A DNA stretch of 64,000 nt from Lama glama (lineage: Eukaryota): assembly GCA_028534125.1 (NCBI GenBank), contig CM052817.1, positions 23,934,001-23,998,000 on the forward strand, given 5' to 3'. Positions 39,862-53,900 of the stretch are shown piece by piece. Within the stretch, counting starts at the first letter, position 1, and each line of letters opens with the position of its first letter. Position numbers and translations under genes: made by a program. The notes beneath the pieces are model-generated. The model ran no database searches. It was not told the DNA's origin and was given only the letters and a program-made list of their open reading frames with translations.

Positions 39862-40455
39862 TGTCAGTGCCCTCCAGCCGAAGGCCACCAGGAAGAGACC
39901 TGTAATTGAACAAGCAAGGCTTATTACTCATTTCAGTGAGGGAGAAACTTGCACCATAGGGAGCCATGGGGTGTCTCCGTTAAAGGATGTTAAAAGGAAC
40001 TGAGGATTGGGCTTTTGTGGGATCTGGGGCAAGTTTCCCGCTCTAGATTGGATGCTGTTTAAAAGTGGGGACGATGCCAGGATTGGGTATCTCAATCAAT
40101 CTTATCCCTAGGGAGGGGGATGACTAGAAAGATGCTCAAGGTACTGTTGGTTAGAAGGTACCCCTCACTCATGTTAGCTGGAATCAGGAGATGTTTCATA
40201 TTTGATGGCTTGCATCATACTCATGTCTTATCTGTGTTTAGACCTGATTATAGGGTGGTCTTTATTTTGCCTTGATCCATCATAGTCACAGGAAGGCCTT
40301 GTCTGGTACTGATTTTCTGTAAAATTGTTTATGTTAAACAGAAGAACACCAAGACCTAGCTGTGAGTGTCAGGCAAGCCCACAGCAACAGCAAGACCTCG
40401 CTGATAGTCCTGGACTAGCTCCTAGAGGCCAGGAGTTGCTCTGCTCTTTCCCACA
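39862..40455 (-). mobile_element. Solo LTR of an old endogenous retrovirus (family uncertain)
   Basis: TG...CA bounded ~600-bp unit with a reverse-strand poly-A-signal-like 'cttattact' and repeated ATTGG boxes. Confidence 0.5.
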
Positions 40456-40459
40456 TCTT

Positions 40460-42720
40460 TCTCCAGAGGCACTCACACTCCATCTTTTAGCAGTTTCTTC
40501 TAGAACTTACCTCCCAATTCCTAACTGTTAATTTTCATTTTTCAATATTGATTTCCTCCTATAGGAATAAGCCTTTTGCTCGCATACCCACCTGACTCTA
40601 ACTCATTCTTCCCACACAGGCCTTCTGCACCTATCCTGGTAATGGATTTCTATCACCAGCTTTACTTACATTAATCATGGATATTTGCATTATCATGGCC
40701 GTGTAAATAGCCTCCATAGAAGAGCTGAACAGTTCACTGTGGGGACGTATCTTTTCCTTTAGAATTTAGTTTTATCAATTGTCTCATTTTTTTTTCATTT
40801 GCTCATCTATCAATAATTCTTCCCCCTAATTTTCTAAGAGTTGCACAATTTCTCTTAAAATGGTTAAAACATCAGCTAGTTCCTCAGTTCCACTTTCTCT
40901 CCTGCGGGCAGCCTCTTGGCCACCTCAGAGGATGGCTGTGGTCTGGACTAGGAGCGATCTAGGCCCACAATACTGCTGCTACCCTGGGACGTCACTTTAG
41001 GCATTAATTTACTTCCTTCCTTTGCTGGAGTTTTCTATTTTCTGACGTTTTTCTTTTGTTACTCCGTTGCTTTTGGCAAACTACATCCCTTGGTAGCTTC
41101 CCAAGAAAACGTTCACAGGGGGCAAATTTTTTGATATTTGCATACCTGAAAATGTCCTTTCTTCCTCTGCACACTTTTAAAAATAATGTCTTATTCTTTT
41201 TCTTTTCAGTTTTATTGAAATGATTGACATATAACATTGTGTAAGTTTAATGTATACAGTGTGATACAATCTGATATACTTTTATATTGCAATATGATTA
41301 CTACCATAGCCTTAGCTAATACCTCTGTCACATCTCATAATTACCATTTCTTTTTTTCTGTCCCTGCACACTTGAATGAGGCTTTGGGGGGAAAAAGAGA
41401 ATCCTGAATTAGAAAGAGGGAAAACTCAGAATATTGAAGTCACAGCTCTATTGCTTTCTGGGCCTCACTGTTACTGTGGAGGAGCCCAGTGCCTTCTGAC
41501 TTAAATGTGACTTTTCTCCTCTTTGGAGGCTGTTAGGATCTTTGTTCTTGATGCTTTGAATATTCATGATAGTATGACAAGTTATGATCTTTTAATTTTA
41601 ATCTACAGCCCTCTTATCTCTTTCGGTGTGGAGTATCAAGTCCTTCATCTGGGAAATGTCCTTGTATTATTTCTGTGATTCCTTCTTTCTTTCTGTTTTC
41701 TTTCTCTAGGACTCATTAATTGAAACACCTAGATTGAACCATTAATTTTCTTCATCTCTTTTTTTTCCTATGGTCTCTTTGTTTTGTTTTGTTTGACCTC
41801 CTGGGATATTTCCTTAACTGTTTCTTTCTACCCAGATACCAGTTTTTTAAAATGTCTGTACTATTTTCATTTCTATGAGGTCTTTCTCATTGTCTGAGTG
41901 CATCTTTTCATTAGAAAATCTTTTTTTGTTTTGTGGGTGCCTTAGCTTCGCTTATCCCGGACTCTACGAGTGTTAATTATAGATTTATTTGGTATTTTCT
42001 CCTCTTTCCTCTATTGGCTCTATTTTTTTCCAAGTTCTTTGTGTTTGCTTTAGTCTTCTGCATTATATTAGAGGCTTATTTCAAATGCCTGACCCCCTTG
42101 ACTGTGGTCCCACTCCTGCCTGAGACTTCATACTTGCTGGCGCGTATTCTTGGAGCTGAACTGCAGAGCGGAGTGGGCCCTCACTTTTTAAACTCGTAGA
42201 ATTTCACTTAACCCTTATTGAATGGCACTTCCTTCTGGTTCTCCGCTCAGATGGGCCTCCTGCCTGTCTGCTGCAGTTTTTGCATCGGAAACATCTCTGG
42301 TTTCTAATGGCTGAAAGAGAGGCTGTTGCCTGGCTGCTTAGGACAGAGGAGAGGGATATAGAAATCTACCTGCCCCCCCAAACTGAATTCTAACAAAACC
42401 TGTTAACAGCCCCAACTTCACTCCCACTTTCAGAGGTTCTAGCAGAGGGACTAGTTTTCCCTAATTCTTGGGCCCTTCTGAGAGTCCATGGCAAGAACTG
42501 GCCTGTTTCCCACCATACAGGTACTCTTTTTGCTTGATTCCATCATTTACAACTTATCCATCTGCTTTTGATCTTTCAAAAGTTTGTTGACATCTTTCCT
42601 CTGTCTTATTTTCACCAATTTTCTTTGTCCTTTTGAGTTTATCTATTATTTTATCTTCTTTGGTGGCATTTTAGAAGGAAACAGAAATAGAATATGTATT
42701 TAATCTATATTCTTTAATCA
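40460..42720 (-). mobile_element. Highly decayed L1ME/HAL1-type LINE remnant
   Basis: Long T-rich tract with L1-like ORF1 antisense motifs ('cctgaaaatgtcctttctt', 'ctgggaaatgtccttgtattatttct'). Confidence 0.5.
41177..41363 (-). mobile_element. L1MA-type 3' end inserted into the older LINE, with TSD
   Basis: CTGCACACTT at 41167-41176 and 41364-41373 flank 'ttttattgaaatgattgacatataacattgtgtaagttt...'. Confidence 0.75.
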
Positions 42721-43849
42721 GACATCAAAGCTTTGATTTTTACCACTTACTTTTCAAGAACATTTAAAAATTGATGTGCACATTGAGAACTCTGATATTT
42801 CATTTGTGTTTTTGCCAGTGCACTAAGTCATCAGGGAAGACAAAAACAAAACAACTATTTCTCCTCTTTTCACTCGTCATTCAGTTGTGTAAGCTTGGTC
42901 CAAACAGACAAAAATGAGACATTCAATAAGAATTTTCAAATGGGGAAAAATTAATCTGGGCTGACTGTGCCAAAGTCTGGTGTCTGCAACTATCCAGGAA
43001 CTCAAAGGAAATGACAAAATCAGATAACAGAACTAAAACTATCACCTCATCATGTCTTAAGCATATGTGACTCTTTCGCTAACATCTGACTTATCCATTG
43101 CTCCCCACCATGAACTCCATGGAAAGCAGTCCACTTTGTTACATTTCAAAACTTTCTTGTCCTCCCCTCCTATCTCATCAGTAGGCTGTGCTGTCTATGA
43201 CAAAGTTTTATTTCTTCAACTGGTAAACAAGTGACTATTCTACTTGCTGGAATTTTCTCTCTACTCACCTTGATACTTCTAATATGAAGAACTGTTGTGT
43301 CTTTTCAACCACATAATGTTTTATATGAATTCAAGACTGCACACTAATTCCTTTAATGTTAGTGGAAGCACAGACTTCTCAGTAAAGAAAGTAAAAGAAA
43401 GTATTAATAGTCGTAATAACAAGTAGCCACAATGAAGAGGCTGATTCAATGTTAAACCCATCAAGGTGAATTTTTGCAGTTAACTTTTGTGAATGTCAGA
43501 AATCTTGATTGCAAATGTCAGATCTTTCTGTGGTTAGTGACATCAATTAGTTGAGAACAAGACGCAGGAACATGCAGATGCTTGTTTTAATGAGTAAAGG
43601 CAGCGTGGCCTGTGGTAGGTCTCGCTTTGCAAATATTACATGTTCTTGGGAAGCCAGACTAAGGACAAGTTTAGACTTGAGGGGAGCAAATGTCAATGAG
43701 GCTAAGGAGAAATGTTTAGGGTTTTTTTCCCTTGCCCTGAGAAAGAATTTTCCCACACATCTAAAAGGGAATAAATGTATATTGGTCCAGTGAGTTAGCA
43801 TTTCATTATCAGTTTTATTCAATACTTAAAATGTACATGGTGTAAATTC

Positions 43850-44830
43850 CCCACTGATCTCTTCTACTTCCAGGGGTTGTTTCTTCACCTTCTATTGACT
43901 GATGACATTCAAATATGCCAATATTGTTCTGACTCTTCTAAATGTCTAACGTATTTCAAAGAACTGTCCTGAGCTATCTCACACATAACAAATCCAAAAC
44001 TAACCAAATTATCTACCCATCAAGACTAGTTTTTTTCCTAAATTCCTTAACTCAATTGTTTTACTATCTATTCAGTCACCTAAACCAAAAATTTCGGTCA
44101 CATTCCACTACCAAGTACAGTTCTTAAACCAGTGGCCAATAAATATTTGTCAAATAAATAAATGAATGGATTCCAGTGCTTTCTATCCCTCACCCTCTCA
44201 GTCATGATTTAGCAAGTTCTAGTTACTCTACTTTAAATCCCCTTTCAAAACATCCCCTCCCCTTGCCTCACTGTCGCTGCTCTAATAGAGACCCTCAAAT
44301 CTCTTAATTCTCACATCTCTACCATATAAACCACCTGCATCTCTACAGCACAGATTTGGTTATATTTTTGCTTGGTTCAAAAATATTTAACATCTCTCTT
44401 TTGTCACCAAACAAAATGTCAGCTTCTCCTCCTGACTCCCCATCATTATTAGACAACTCTTGTCACTTCCCCGACTCATAAACCCACCTCTCAAGCCATA
44501 GTTTCTGGTTTTTGATCACGTGGTGTCATTTCAGGCCTCCCTTACTTTGATCATATTATTTCCTATGTTGGAAAGTTCCTTCCCTCTCTTGGCAAGCTGG
44601 CTCAAATCCCACTCATCCTTTAGCCTCCAATTTAAACATCTTCCAGGCCTCTAACTGGAATGAATTTTTTACTCCTCAAAGCTGTGGTGAGAGTTTGAAT
44701 TTATCCTTATGCTCTAGCTTTTAACACAATCTAAGCTTTTTTTTTTAATAATCTGTTCATGTGTCTGCCTCTCTCTGAAGTCCTAAAATGCCTTATTCTT
44801 AGCATGTAGGCAGTGCCTGGTCCACAATGT
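43850..44830 (+). mobile_element. Decayed L2 remnants
   Basis: L2-like pyrimidine-rich segments and 3' end motifs ('aataaatatttgtcaaataaataaatgaatg', 'cagtgcctgg'). Confidence 0.5.
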
Positions 44831-46103
44831 TCTAGAATGTTCTCAGAATTGGCATCAAATTAAAGCCATATCCACATTATTAAGAGACTTACACACATAT
44901 TTCAGGAGTTAAAGGCACAGAGGTTCATGAAAGATAAGATTTCTGCTAGAGAATGAGCCCGCGCCCCGACCCCCAACCTCGCCACCACCCCTCATACCGC
45001 TCCTTTGTTTTTCCTTCAGACTCTTCAGACCACAAGCAGCCCGGGCAGGACTTAGGCCCGTGGTGGCATCTGTTCTCTAGGATTTGTCCCCTGGGCTTGT
45101 GTTTCCCCATCTCCTCTGCCAGGTGTCACGATCGTAGCTCTCAGAACCCCAGCGCTGATGACGAGACAACACGAGGCCTGCGGGAGGGAAGCCTTCTGTC
45201 TCTCCTTGGGAAAACGTTCATTTCATTCCAGGACCTTGGAGGGAACGTGAGCCTGCCTGGGGTGTACTGCCCTCTCCCTCTGGTGCAGTGTCCTCCCTTG
45301 TTAGAGGAGGGCCTTGAACAGGAGGAAGCAGGCTGTTCTTGGTTCCCCCCAAGTCTCAAGTCTTGCATGGCAATGGCTTCATATATAGTGTGTAGACTGA
45401 GGGGCCAGCGGTGGTGAGAACTTGCTGTACCTGAATTTCCATCATACATGGTGAAGATGCCCTGCTGGTTCAGAGAAAGACACTCTTCAGGTTTGCTTTC
45501 TTTTAGTGAAGGAGCATTTCATCCAATTAGAGAGGAATGATCAGAGAGTAAAGAGGCCAAGGACTTAGCTCCATCTCCCAGGAGACTTGCCAGAGGAGAG
45601 GTACTAATTAAACTTACCTAACCAGTGCTAATAGACTCTGCTCCAACAGAGGAGGAGTTTTTACATTTAAAAAAATAAAAACATGATAAATATATGCTAA
45701 TTAGAGAGAATTATCAAGACCCCCCACCCCATGAAACCGTATTCATCTTCAAGGATTAACTTATCGCCAATCTTATTTCATCTACACACTACTCTCCAAG
45801 CTCCCAGATAACTTTGAAGCAATTCAGATATCATATTAGTTCATTCATAAGTATTTTTGAGTATCACATAGAATTATTATTAGCAATACTTTTAAAAGAA
45901 TTTACCTTTGATTAATACACTTCTCATCCTACCACAGAATCCATATTTTGTTGCCTCAGAACTTGACAAGTATATGGGGCTTCCTTCGTACACTGAAGTG
46001 TAAGCCTTACAGGGAGAGTGGGATAGTGTGAGCCAGCTCTGTCCCTGCAGTTGATCTGTTCTGTACACAATTGCAGCCGGGGTGCAGGAATGCCCCTGCT
46101 TTG

Positions 46104-46116
46104 GTCACCTAGTAAC
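46104..46116. promoter_or_regulatory. RFX X-box motif GTCACCTAGTAAC in the putative DTHD1 promoter
   Basis: Fits GTNRCC-N-RGYAAC and lies ~180 bp upstream of the exon 1 ATG. Confidence 0.5.
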
Positions 46117-46291
46117 TTTTCACTAGTCAACAAGAAGCTGAACAAACTATTATGTTGCAGGAAAGCACTTGGCTAGCTGACTTGGATCGTCTCCTAGGTT
46201 TTAGAAGGAAAAAAACTATCACCAAGTTTGAATTTGCTAAACCTTTAGGCTTTGTTGTCAGGAAAGAAACCTTCCACTCTTGGAGTCTAAC

Positions 46292-46562
46292 ATGGATACA
46301 GAAGACATAGGCTCAGGTAAACTAGGCCAAATACTGAAGCAGATTTGGAGACAAAACCTGATGCTAAAGCAGGCTCTGCTGGGCAGTGACCCTGGTGCAG
46401 GGGCTGGTGGGGCCACCTGGGTAGCCACAGTGGTCTTTCTGGGTCAGGAGCTCAGCAGGGCCCTCCACCAGCTCCTGGAGCACGCTGCAGGCACTCTGCA
46501 CTCCGCCTGCCAGCAGCTGTACGTGCTGCTGGACAAACAGGATCATGGTACCTGGAGACAAG
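46292..46562 (+). CDS. DTHD1: DTHD1 coding exon 1 (long-isoform N-terminus MDTEDIGSGKLGQILKQIWRQ...LLDKQDHGTWRQ)
   Basis: ATG in strong Kozak context (aacATGg) within ORF 46280-46594. The 271 coding nt end in phase 1 at AAG|GCAAGT and join exon 2 (G+AA=Glu) in frame. The peptide resembles the N-terminal extension of mammalian DTHD1 as I recall it. Confidence 0.8.
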
Positions 46563-47282
46563 GCAAGTATTTCTTCTGTTTATTCTTTCTCTAAGAAATA
46601 TTGATTGATAGCTGCTCTGAGAGGGGGCTAAGGAGCATACAAAGGCTAAGATAGAGTCTCTGTCCACAAGGGGCTAACAATGCAACAGGGGAAATTAGGT
46701 AAGACAAATACACGATAATGCAAGGGACGCTGAGGCCAATTCCATGAAAGATATACAAATGTAGTGGGTTAAGTCTTCTGAAGTGGGTGAGATTCTATTT
46801 TTAGAGTGGGGAATTGGGACTATCTCTAGAATAAATGCAGTATTTAATCTGAAGCTTAAGGAATAAATAGGATTTAGGCAGCCAGAAATTGGGCACCTGG
46901 AAAGGGCATTCCAGACAGAGGTGTTGTTAGCAGGATCCAAGGTTTAGATGTAGGAAACTATAGGCTTAGTTTGAGACAGAACAAGTAGTTTTTCTATATT
47001 GGAATATGGTATTCCATTTTCATACTTATTTAAACTTGAACCTATTGATCGCAAAAACACTAGGAAGACTGAGATGGGATGGGATATGGAATTAGACCCC
47101 ACACACACTAAAAGGGGCGCAGGTTCTCGGCAATAGGCTGAGTTACGGATACTGAGAATTACAGTGTGCTGGAAGAATGTGATATCTGATGCATATGATT
47201 TTAAACAAGAATAGTTACTCTAGATAAGAAGATGGGTGGCATCGTGAAATCCAACTCTAAATAATATACTGTCTGCAAAAAG

Positions 47283-47598
47283 ATTATTTACAAAACAGAG
47301 ACAGACTCACAGATACAGAAAATAAACTTATGTTTATTATGTTTACCAGCGGGGAAAGTGCGTAGGGAGGGATAAATTGAGAGTTCAAGATTTGTAGACA
47401 CTAACTAGTATATATAAAATAGATTTGAAAAACAAGGTCTTACTGTATAGCACAGGGAACTATATTCAATACCTTGTAATAGCCCATAAAGAAAAAGAGT
47501 ATGAAAAGGAATATATATGTATAAATGAATGACTATGCTGTATATCAGAAATTAACACACATTGTAAATTGACTATACTTCAATAAAAGAAAAAAGAA
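47283..47598 (+). mobile_element. L1 3'UTR fragment (artiodactyl L1_Art-like) in DTHD1 intron 1
   Basis: 'cagactcacagatacagaaaataaacttatg...tactgtatagcacagggaactatattcaata...gactatacttcaataaaagaaaaaa'. Confidence 0.85.
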
Positions 47599-48809
47599 CC
47601 CCCCCCCAAAAAAAGACACACACAAAAATGATGTCAAGGCAAGTGGGCAGGTCTCATCAATCAGGAATCCAGGGCAGATAGTATTAAGAAATTCAGTCTA
47701 GAAGGCAGATAGTGGACATCAGGGGAATATATCCAAAAGCGTGTGACCCAGAGACCATCAGCTAGAGTTCATAGATAGGAACTGAATCTCTGGAGAAAAC
47801 TGAATGTGGTTCTAGGCAACATACAAAGACAAATAATTACTCATGAGAAATGAGAAGGACTCAGCTACCAGAAGAGAAGTTCAAAATAAAGACAGGGTCT
47901 CAGACATAAGACAAAAAACAAGTTGTCAGAACTGGAGGCTGAAAATAAAGTTAGACTAGTGAAAGGATGATTTAGTGATGATTCTGAAAACACTGAACAA
48001 TCGGGCCTTAAGTGACATATTCCCGAGTTCAGAACTGAATTCTAGAGATTGGAGAGTCGCTAAGCCTGTAGGAAGCCATCAGGTGACTCCAGCTGTGAGG
48101 AGAGGAGGGAGGGACAAATAGGAGAATAACAAGAAATGGGGATGCAGGGAGAGAGTACATCAGATCAGATCATGGTGAGGGCTTATACCAGGGTGATGAG
48201 GCTTCACTTGGTTTATTAGTTCTTGAGTAGCCTTTCTATTCTTTGAAAGACTCATTTGAAAATTGCCAATGATCACAAGCTCAGCAGGAGGAATGGTGTG
48301 AACCTAATCCAATCACCATGACAAACAAAGTACTCAATAAAATATACCACCTTCACCAGCAGAGGTAATGTATCTATGGTATGCCTACTACCCAAGTCTC
48401 ATCTGAAGAGCTCTGCTAAACTTTAGGCAAATAATTATAGATGGATCATTGATAAACTGTACAGTATATCCAAAGAAGAAAACAATTCTCAAAATCATTC
48501 TGAATGAGGAGTGATTGAAGATGTTGACTTCAATTGAATAGTATCTTATGGAGGGGGTTATGATACCTGTCTTCAAATGTTCAAAACATTTTCACATGCA
48601 TGAGGAATTAGATTGACTCTTTGCTACTATATTAAAAGACAACATGTCCCCAACTCCTAGGTGTGTTAAAAAAAAAGTTACAGTTGTACAAGTGACTTTT
48701 TCTTCAAGAGGGAGAGGGGCTTAAATGCCTGGTAAGGGTCTTTGTAGATTTCTGAATGTATCTCTCCATACCTCATGGCATATCATTGGAGAAACATAAT
48801 TTGGTTTAG

Positions 48810-49460
<651 letters not shown>

Positions 49461-49894
49461 TAAGTAAATGCAATGTGAGAGGTGCTTGTATATGCTGACT
49501 TACAGGCGTGTCTCCACTTGTACATAAAACATAGCTTTTATACATGGATAAAATTTTATATTTACTTTTCAGATCTCCAAAAGATATTACATGTCAATAA
49601 TTCCATGTAAATTAATCCCATAAAAATATATATGGCTGCTATTTCTAATATTGTTTAGTTTCAGTAAACAAACATTAAATGTTTCTTTAAAGGAAGAAGG
49701 AAGTAACTGTGTAATAAAGTAGTCAAAATGAACAATTGTCCAGAATGGACACTTTTCTAAATCACTACTCTTTAGATTATCATAAGAAAAACTAGGAAGC
49801 TGCAGAGTTCAAATATTAAAAGAGAATTTTGTAGCCTCAGATTTATCTTATTTATATCTTCAAATAAATTCCCAGATTCATTTTACTTATAAAT

Positions 49895-50075
49895 CATCAT
49901 GAATTCTTACCCTGTGTCTGGAGAACTCTAGGAGGGCTCATGGATAAGCTTTGGGAAGTTCTTAAAATTGAATGTATATTTTCATACCTATTTTATCTCC
50001 TTGGGGGTGTTCAGAGCTTTCACCAGGTTCTCAAAGAGCCCATGCCTTCAAAAAAATATGTTGAAATTGACTGAT
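49895..50075. mobile_element. hAT-Charlie MITE remnant
   Basis: 'catggataagcttt...agctttcaccaggttctcaaagagcccatg' resembles MER103-type elements. Confidence 0.5.
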
Positions 50076-51859
50076 CTATTTAATGAATTATCTCCCCTGT
50101 ACAAAGAAATAATAATCCATACTTGCCAAATAAAATATTCACAAGCCTTACTTTCTTGGTAAAAATAAGAAACTTAGAGGGCAATGGGGAATAGTAATTT
50201 AAAAAATCATTGATTTAGGAGTCAGCTTTAAATTTTTCTCTAAAAATATGATATATGAGTTCTATGATCTTGGGCAACTTGTTTTATTTCTTAGCCTTGT
50301 TTTCTTATTTGTAGAAATTGTATATACTTCTTGGAGTAGTTGGGAAGGTCAAATGAAAAAGTCATGTAAAGGGCCTAGCACCTTGTCTCTTGGCAGATGT
50401 TCCCACTTAGCTAAGTAACAGTGTGTTGATTTATCTCACCCCCAACAACCCTCACTTTCTCCACCTCCCACACACTACCTCCTTTCTCTTAGCCCCTCTG
50501 CTCTTTCAGACGTACAATGCCATTTCCAGCACAACATCACAAATGAGTCAATGCTCTTAGGCAAGTCATTTTAGTCATTTTGCTCACTTTAACTTTAGTT
50601 ATCTCATCTACAAAATGAAAAGGTTGAGCTAGTTTAGCTGTGAGATTCCCTATATGTCTGAAAAAAATCTAATGAATTCTGCAGATGTCACAGAACTACA
50701 TTTAGTGCATGAAAGACCCCCCTGGTTTGAAAGACATACTGATCTTTTAAAACAACTGTTAGTCAATATGTGGTCGCCCATTTCACTTGAGAAAAACATT
50801 CAACACTTTACATCTTCACATTCAGAAATGACTCAAAGCATCAACTAATGAGTCACTGCTGAACCACTCCCTCTGACACCTCCTTTAGGTGTTCCCTAGT
50901 GAGCGATTTCCTCTCTGTGGCATGCAAACCAATTTTGCTTGGCTTGCATGTTTAAGAAGATGACTACTCATTGAGATCCCTCAGGCTAGGAAGCCATCAT
51001 ACCACAAAAAAGATGAATCTCATAAACAAAACCTAGCTTGGAACCTCTTGTGCATCCTCCCTGGACAGCGTTCTGAAAAAAGCCCCTCTCTTCTAGGGTA
51101 GTTGTCCTAGTGTGTACAAACTCAAAGGGAAACACCACTAGAATAAACCAACATGATCGTTTTAGTGGCTGGACTAGATCTATTTGATTAGGGCTAGGGG
51201 AAATAGAAGCATTTACAGGGTTCCTCGCCCTATTTTGTCTGTCAGCCTTTTGGAAGAATGCATTGAGATGATTGTCCAGGGCACAAGGAGGGTCATATTT
51301 GAAGTTACATAAGACTGGATCATTGTCTCCTCTATTAAACAGTGTATCTCATTTTCTGAAGTACCATCATCACCATTATCAGAGAATACTCAGACAGAAC
51401 CATGTGCTGGGTCATTTTCTATTCCTTCTAAGGTCATGGGTTTAGAATTATAAATACAAATAACTCTCTGCAATTTCAACATTTTTTTTAGATTTCTAGG
51501 CTAGAGGGCACTGTAAAAGTCAATTGACTACTAATTGAAAAATAGTTAAAACCTGATTATTCTACAACTGGGTACTAATGCTGCATTTTACCGAGATCCT
51601 CTTATTTTTAACACTGCTTACATTTCAATCATTTCACTGGTATGAAATGAGAAGTAGCAAGGAGAAATATAAGGTGGTAGTTTTAATGTAGAGATATAGC
51701 ATTTATGGAGCACTCATTTTGTGTTAATTCATTATTATAAGAAGTTCAAATATTTTATCTCATTCAATTTTCACACTGTTGTAGATTTAGTATTAGTTTC
51801 AATTTTGTAATGGATAAAGAAACCAGTGTTTTGGAATGATTTGAGGAAGTATAATATTA

Positions 51860-52090
51860 TACTAGGAAGTCTGGGGTTTTGAGTTAAAGATGGATGGATT
51901 CAGTTACTGATTCTATGACTTACCACCTGTATGATCTTCAGCAAGTTAAATTTTCTAAACCTCAGTTTCCTTACCTGTAAAATGGTACTGCCTGACTCCA
52001 TAGTATGAGGGTTAAATGAAATAATGTGTAGCCTAAAACCTGGTTCATAGAAAGAGCTAAAATATTAGTTATTTTAATAATAATTATTAA
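51860..52090 (+). mobile_element. MIR remnant
   Basis: 'aacctcagtttccttacctgtaaaatgg...gagggttaaatgaaataatgtgta'. Confidence 0.75.
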
Positions 52091-52519
52091 TGTTGAAGGT
52101 CAAACAAATAGTAAGGGACTGACCTCAAAATTGAATTCAGTCTGTAAGACTCTAAAATCTTTGGCAAAGGTGATGGTACAAAAAGCAACAGTAAAAACAA
52201 TTGTCAAAATAAGCTTTTGAATTGATTCTTTGAGAATTGTAAGTATTCTAATTACCTTGATGAATCATAAATTCACAGTACTTTTGTACCTTTCTCAATT
52301 TTTCTTAAAAATACAATAAACATCATCATTAGATCTAAGGTGTTTAAACAATTCCAATACTACATATATATATAAATTCAAATATCAAAATTTACAAAAT
52401 TACTCAGGTATTAGGACTTGGTTTATCAAGAAGCTTCCAACAATCTTCAGATTCATATTTGAAGTGAACAAAACTGAGGAATAAGTTGATTGCTTAAATA
52501 ATTATAGCAATAACAATAG

Positions 52520-52790
52520 TAACAAGAGTAACAGTAGCTAACATATACAGTATCTACTATGTGCCAGGCATAGCTTTTTAATTTCTTACCTCATAATAGT
52601 TCATTTAATTCTCACAGCCTTCCTATGAGATACATATTATTTTATCGTCACTTTACAGTTGAGGAAACTGAAGCACAGAGAGGCTGAGTACCTTGTCCAA
52701 AGTCAGTCAGTAAGTGGAAGAGTGGGAGTCATAGCAAGACAATATGGGGCTACGACTTGTGCTTCTATGCATTTCGCTGCTTAGTCCATA
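52520..52790 (-). mobile_element. MIR remnant just upstream of DTHD1 exon 3
   Basis: 'ctttacagttgaggaaactgaagcacagagaggctgagtaccttgtccaaagtca' is the reverse MIR core. Confidence 0.85.
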
Positions 52791-52812
52791 ACTCAAATAA
52801 CTGAAACAATGA

Positions 52813-53211
<399 letters not shown>

Positions 53212-53639
53212 TAAATATTACACAGGCTAGTATAGATACAGTTGCTCCACTGGTAACAAATGGAAGGGTTGATTAAGATTTATGCCAGTAAATTCGTGCT
53301 TTTTTTGTTTTTTCTCCTTGCCGACCATAAAGGTCACAGAGCAGAGCTTATTGGTCAAATTAGGGAATGAAGAACTTAAGTCTAGGGCCCATAAAGTGTT
53401 ATCATTTTGCCTGGGAAGCAAAGCCAACATCATGGTTTAATCAGCTTCAAGCCTTTGACTAGCTTTAGATGAACATTTCTTGTGATGGTCTAAATTTAAA
53501 AATTCTAGAATCTCCAGATGATAGTAGTTTATTTTTATCATTCATGGATTGGAAAAATATGTAAAAAATAAACAATTTGTTTGTGTGTGTGCCTTGAGAT
53601 AGTTATTAAGTCTACAAATCATGTTTTTAGTCTGTGCAT

Positions 53640-53900
53640 GGAAAACAGTATATGTGGTAGTTAGGAGGTGGGTTGTGGAGGAAGACTGGCTTGGTCTGAA
53701 GTTTGGTTCCTACACTTTCTTGCTATGTGAGCTTGAGTAAATTATGTAACCTCACTATGACTCAATTCCTTCATGTAAAAACTGAACACAACAACAGTGT
53801 CTACCTGATAGGGTCATAAGGATTAAATGAAAAAAAAAATGCTCTTAAGAAGATAAAAGGAAGCCTATAAACACATGATAGTAGCTAATAAATTGTCATT
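53640..53900 (+). mobile_element. MIR remnant downstream of DTHD1 exon 3
   Basis: 'tgtgagcttgagtaaattatgtaacctcactatgactcaattccttcatgtaaaa...aggattaaatga'. Confidence 0.75.

Noticed and set aside
39551..39967. 138-aa ORF with YIYIYI repeat
   Set aside because: Reads through the (TA)n microsatellite and an LTR.
44953..45417. 154-aa ATG-initiated ORF upstream of DTHD1
   Set aside because: No recognisable homology or supporting exon structure; compatible with chance in a locally GC-rich patch.
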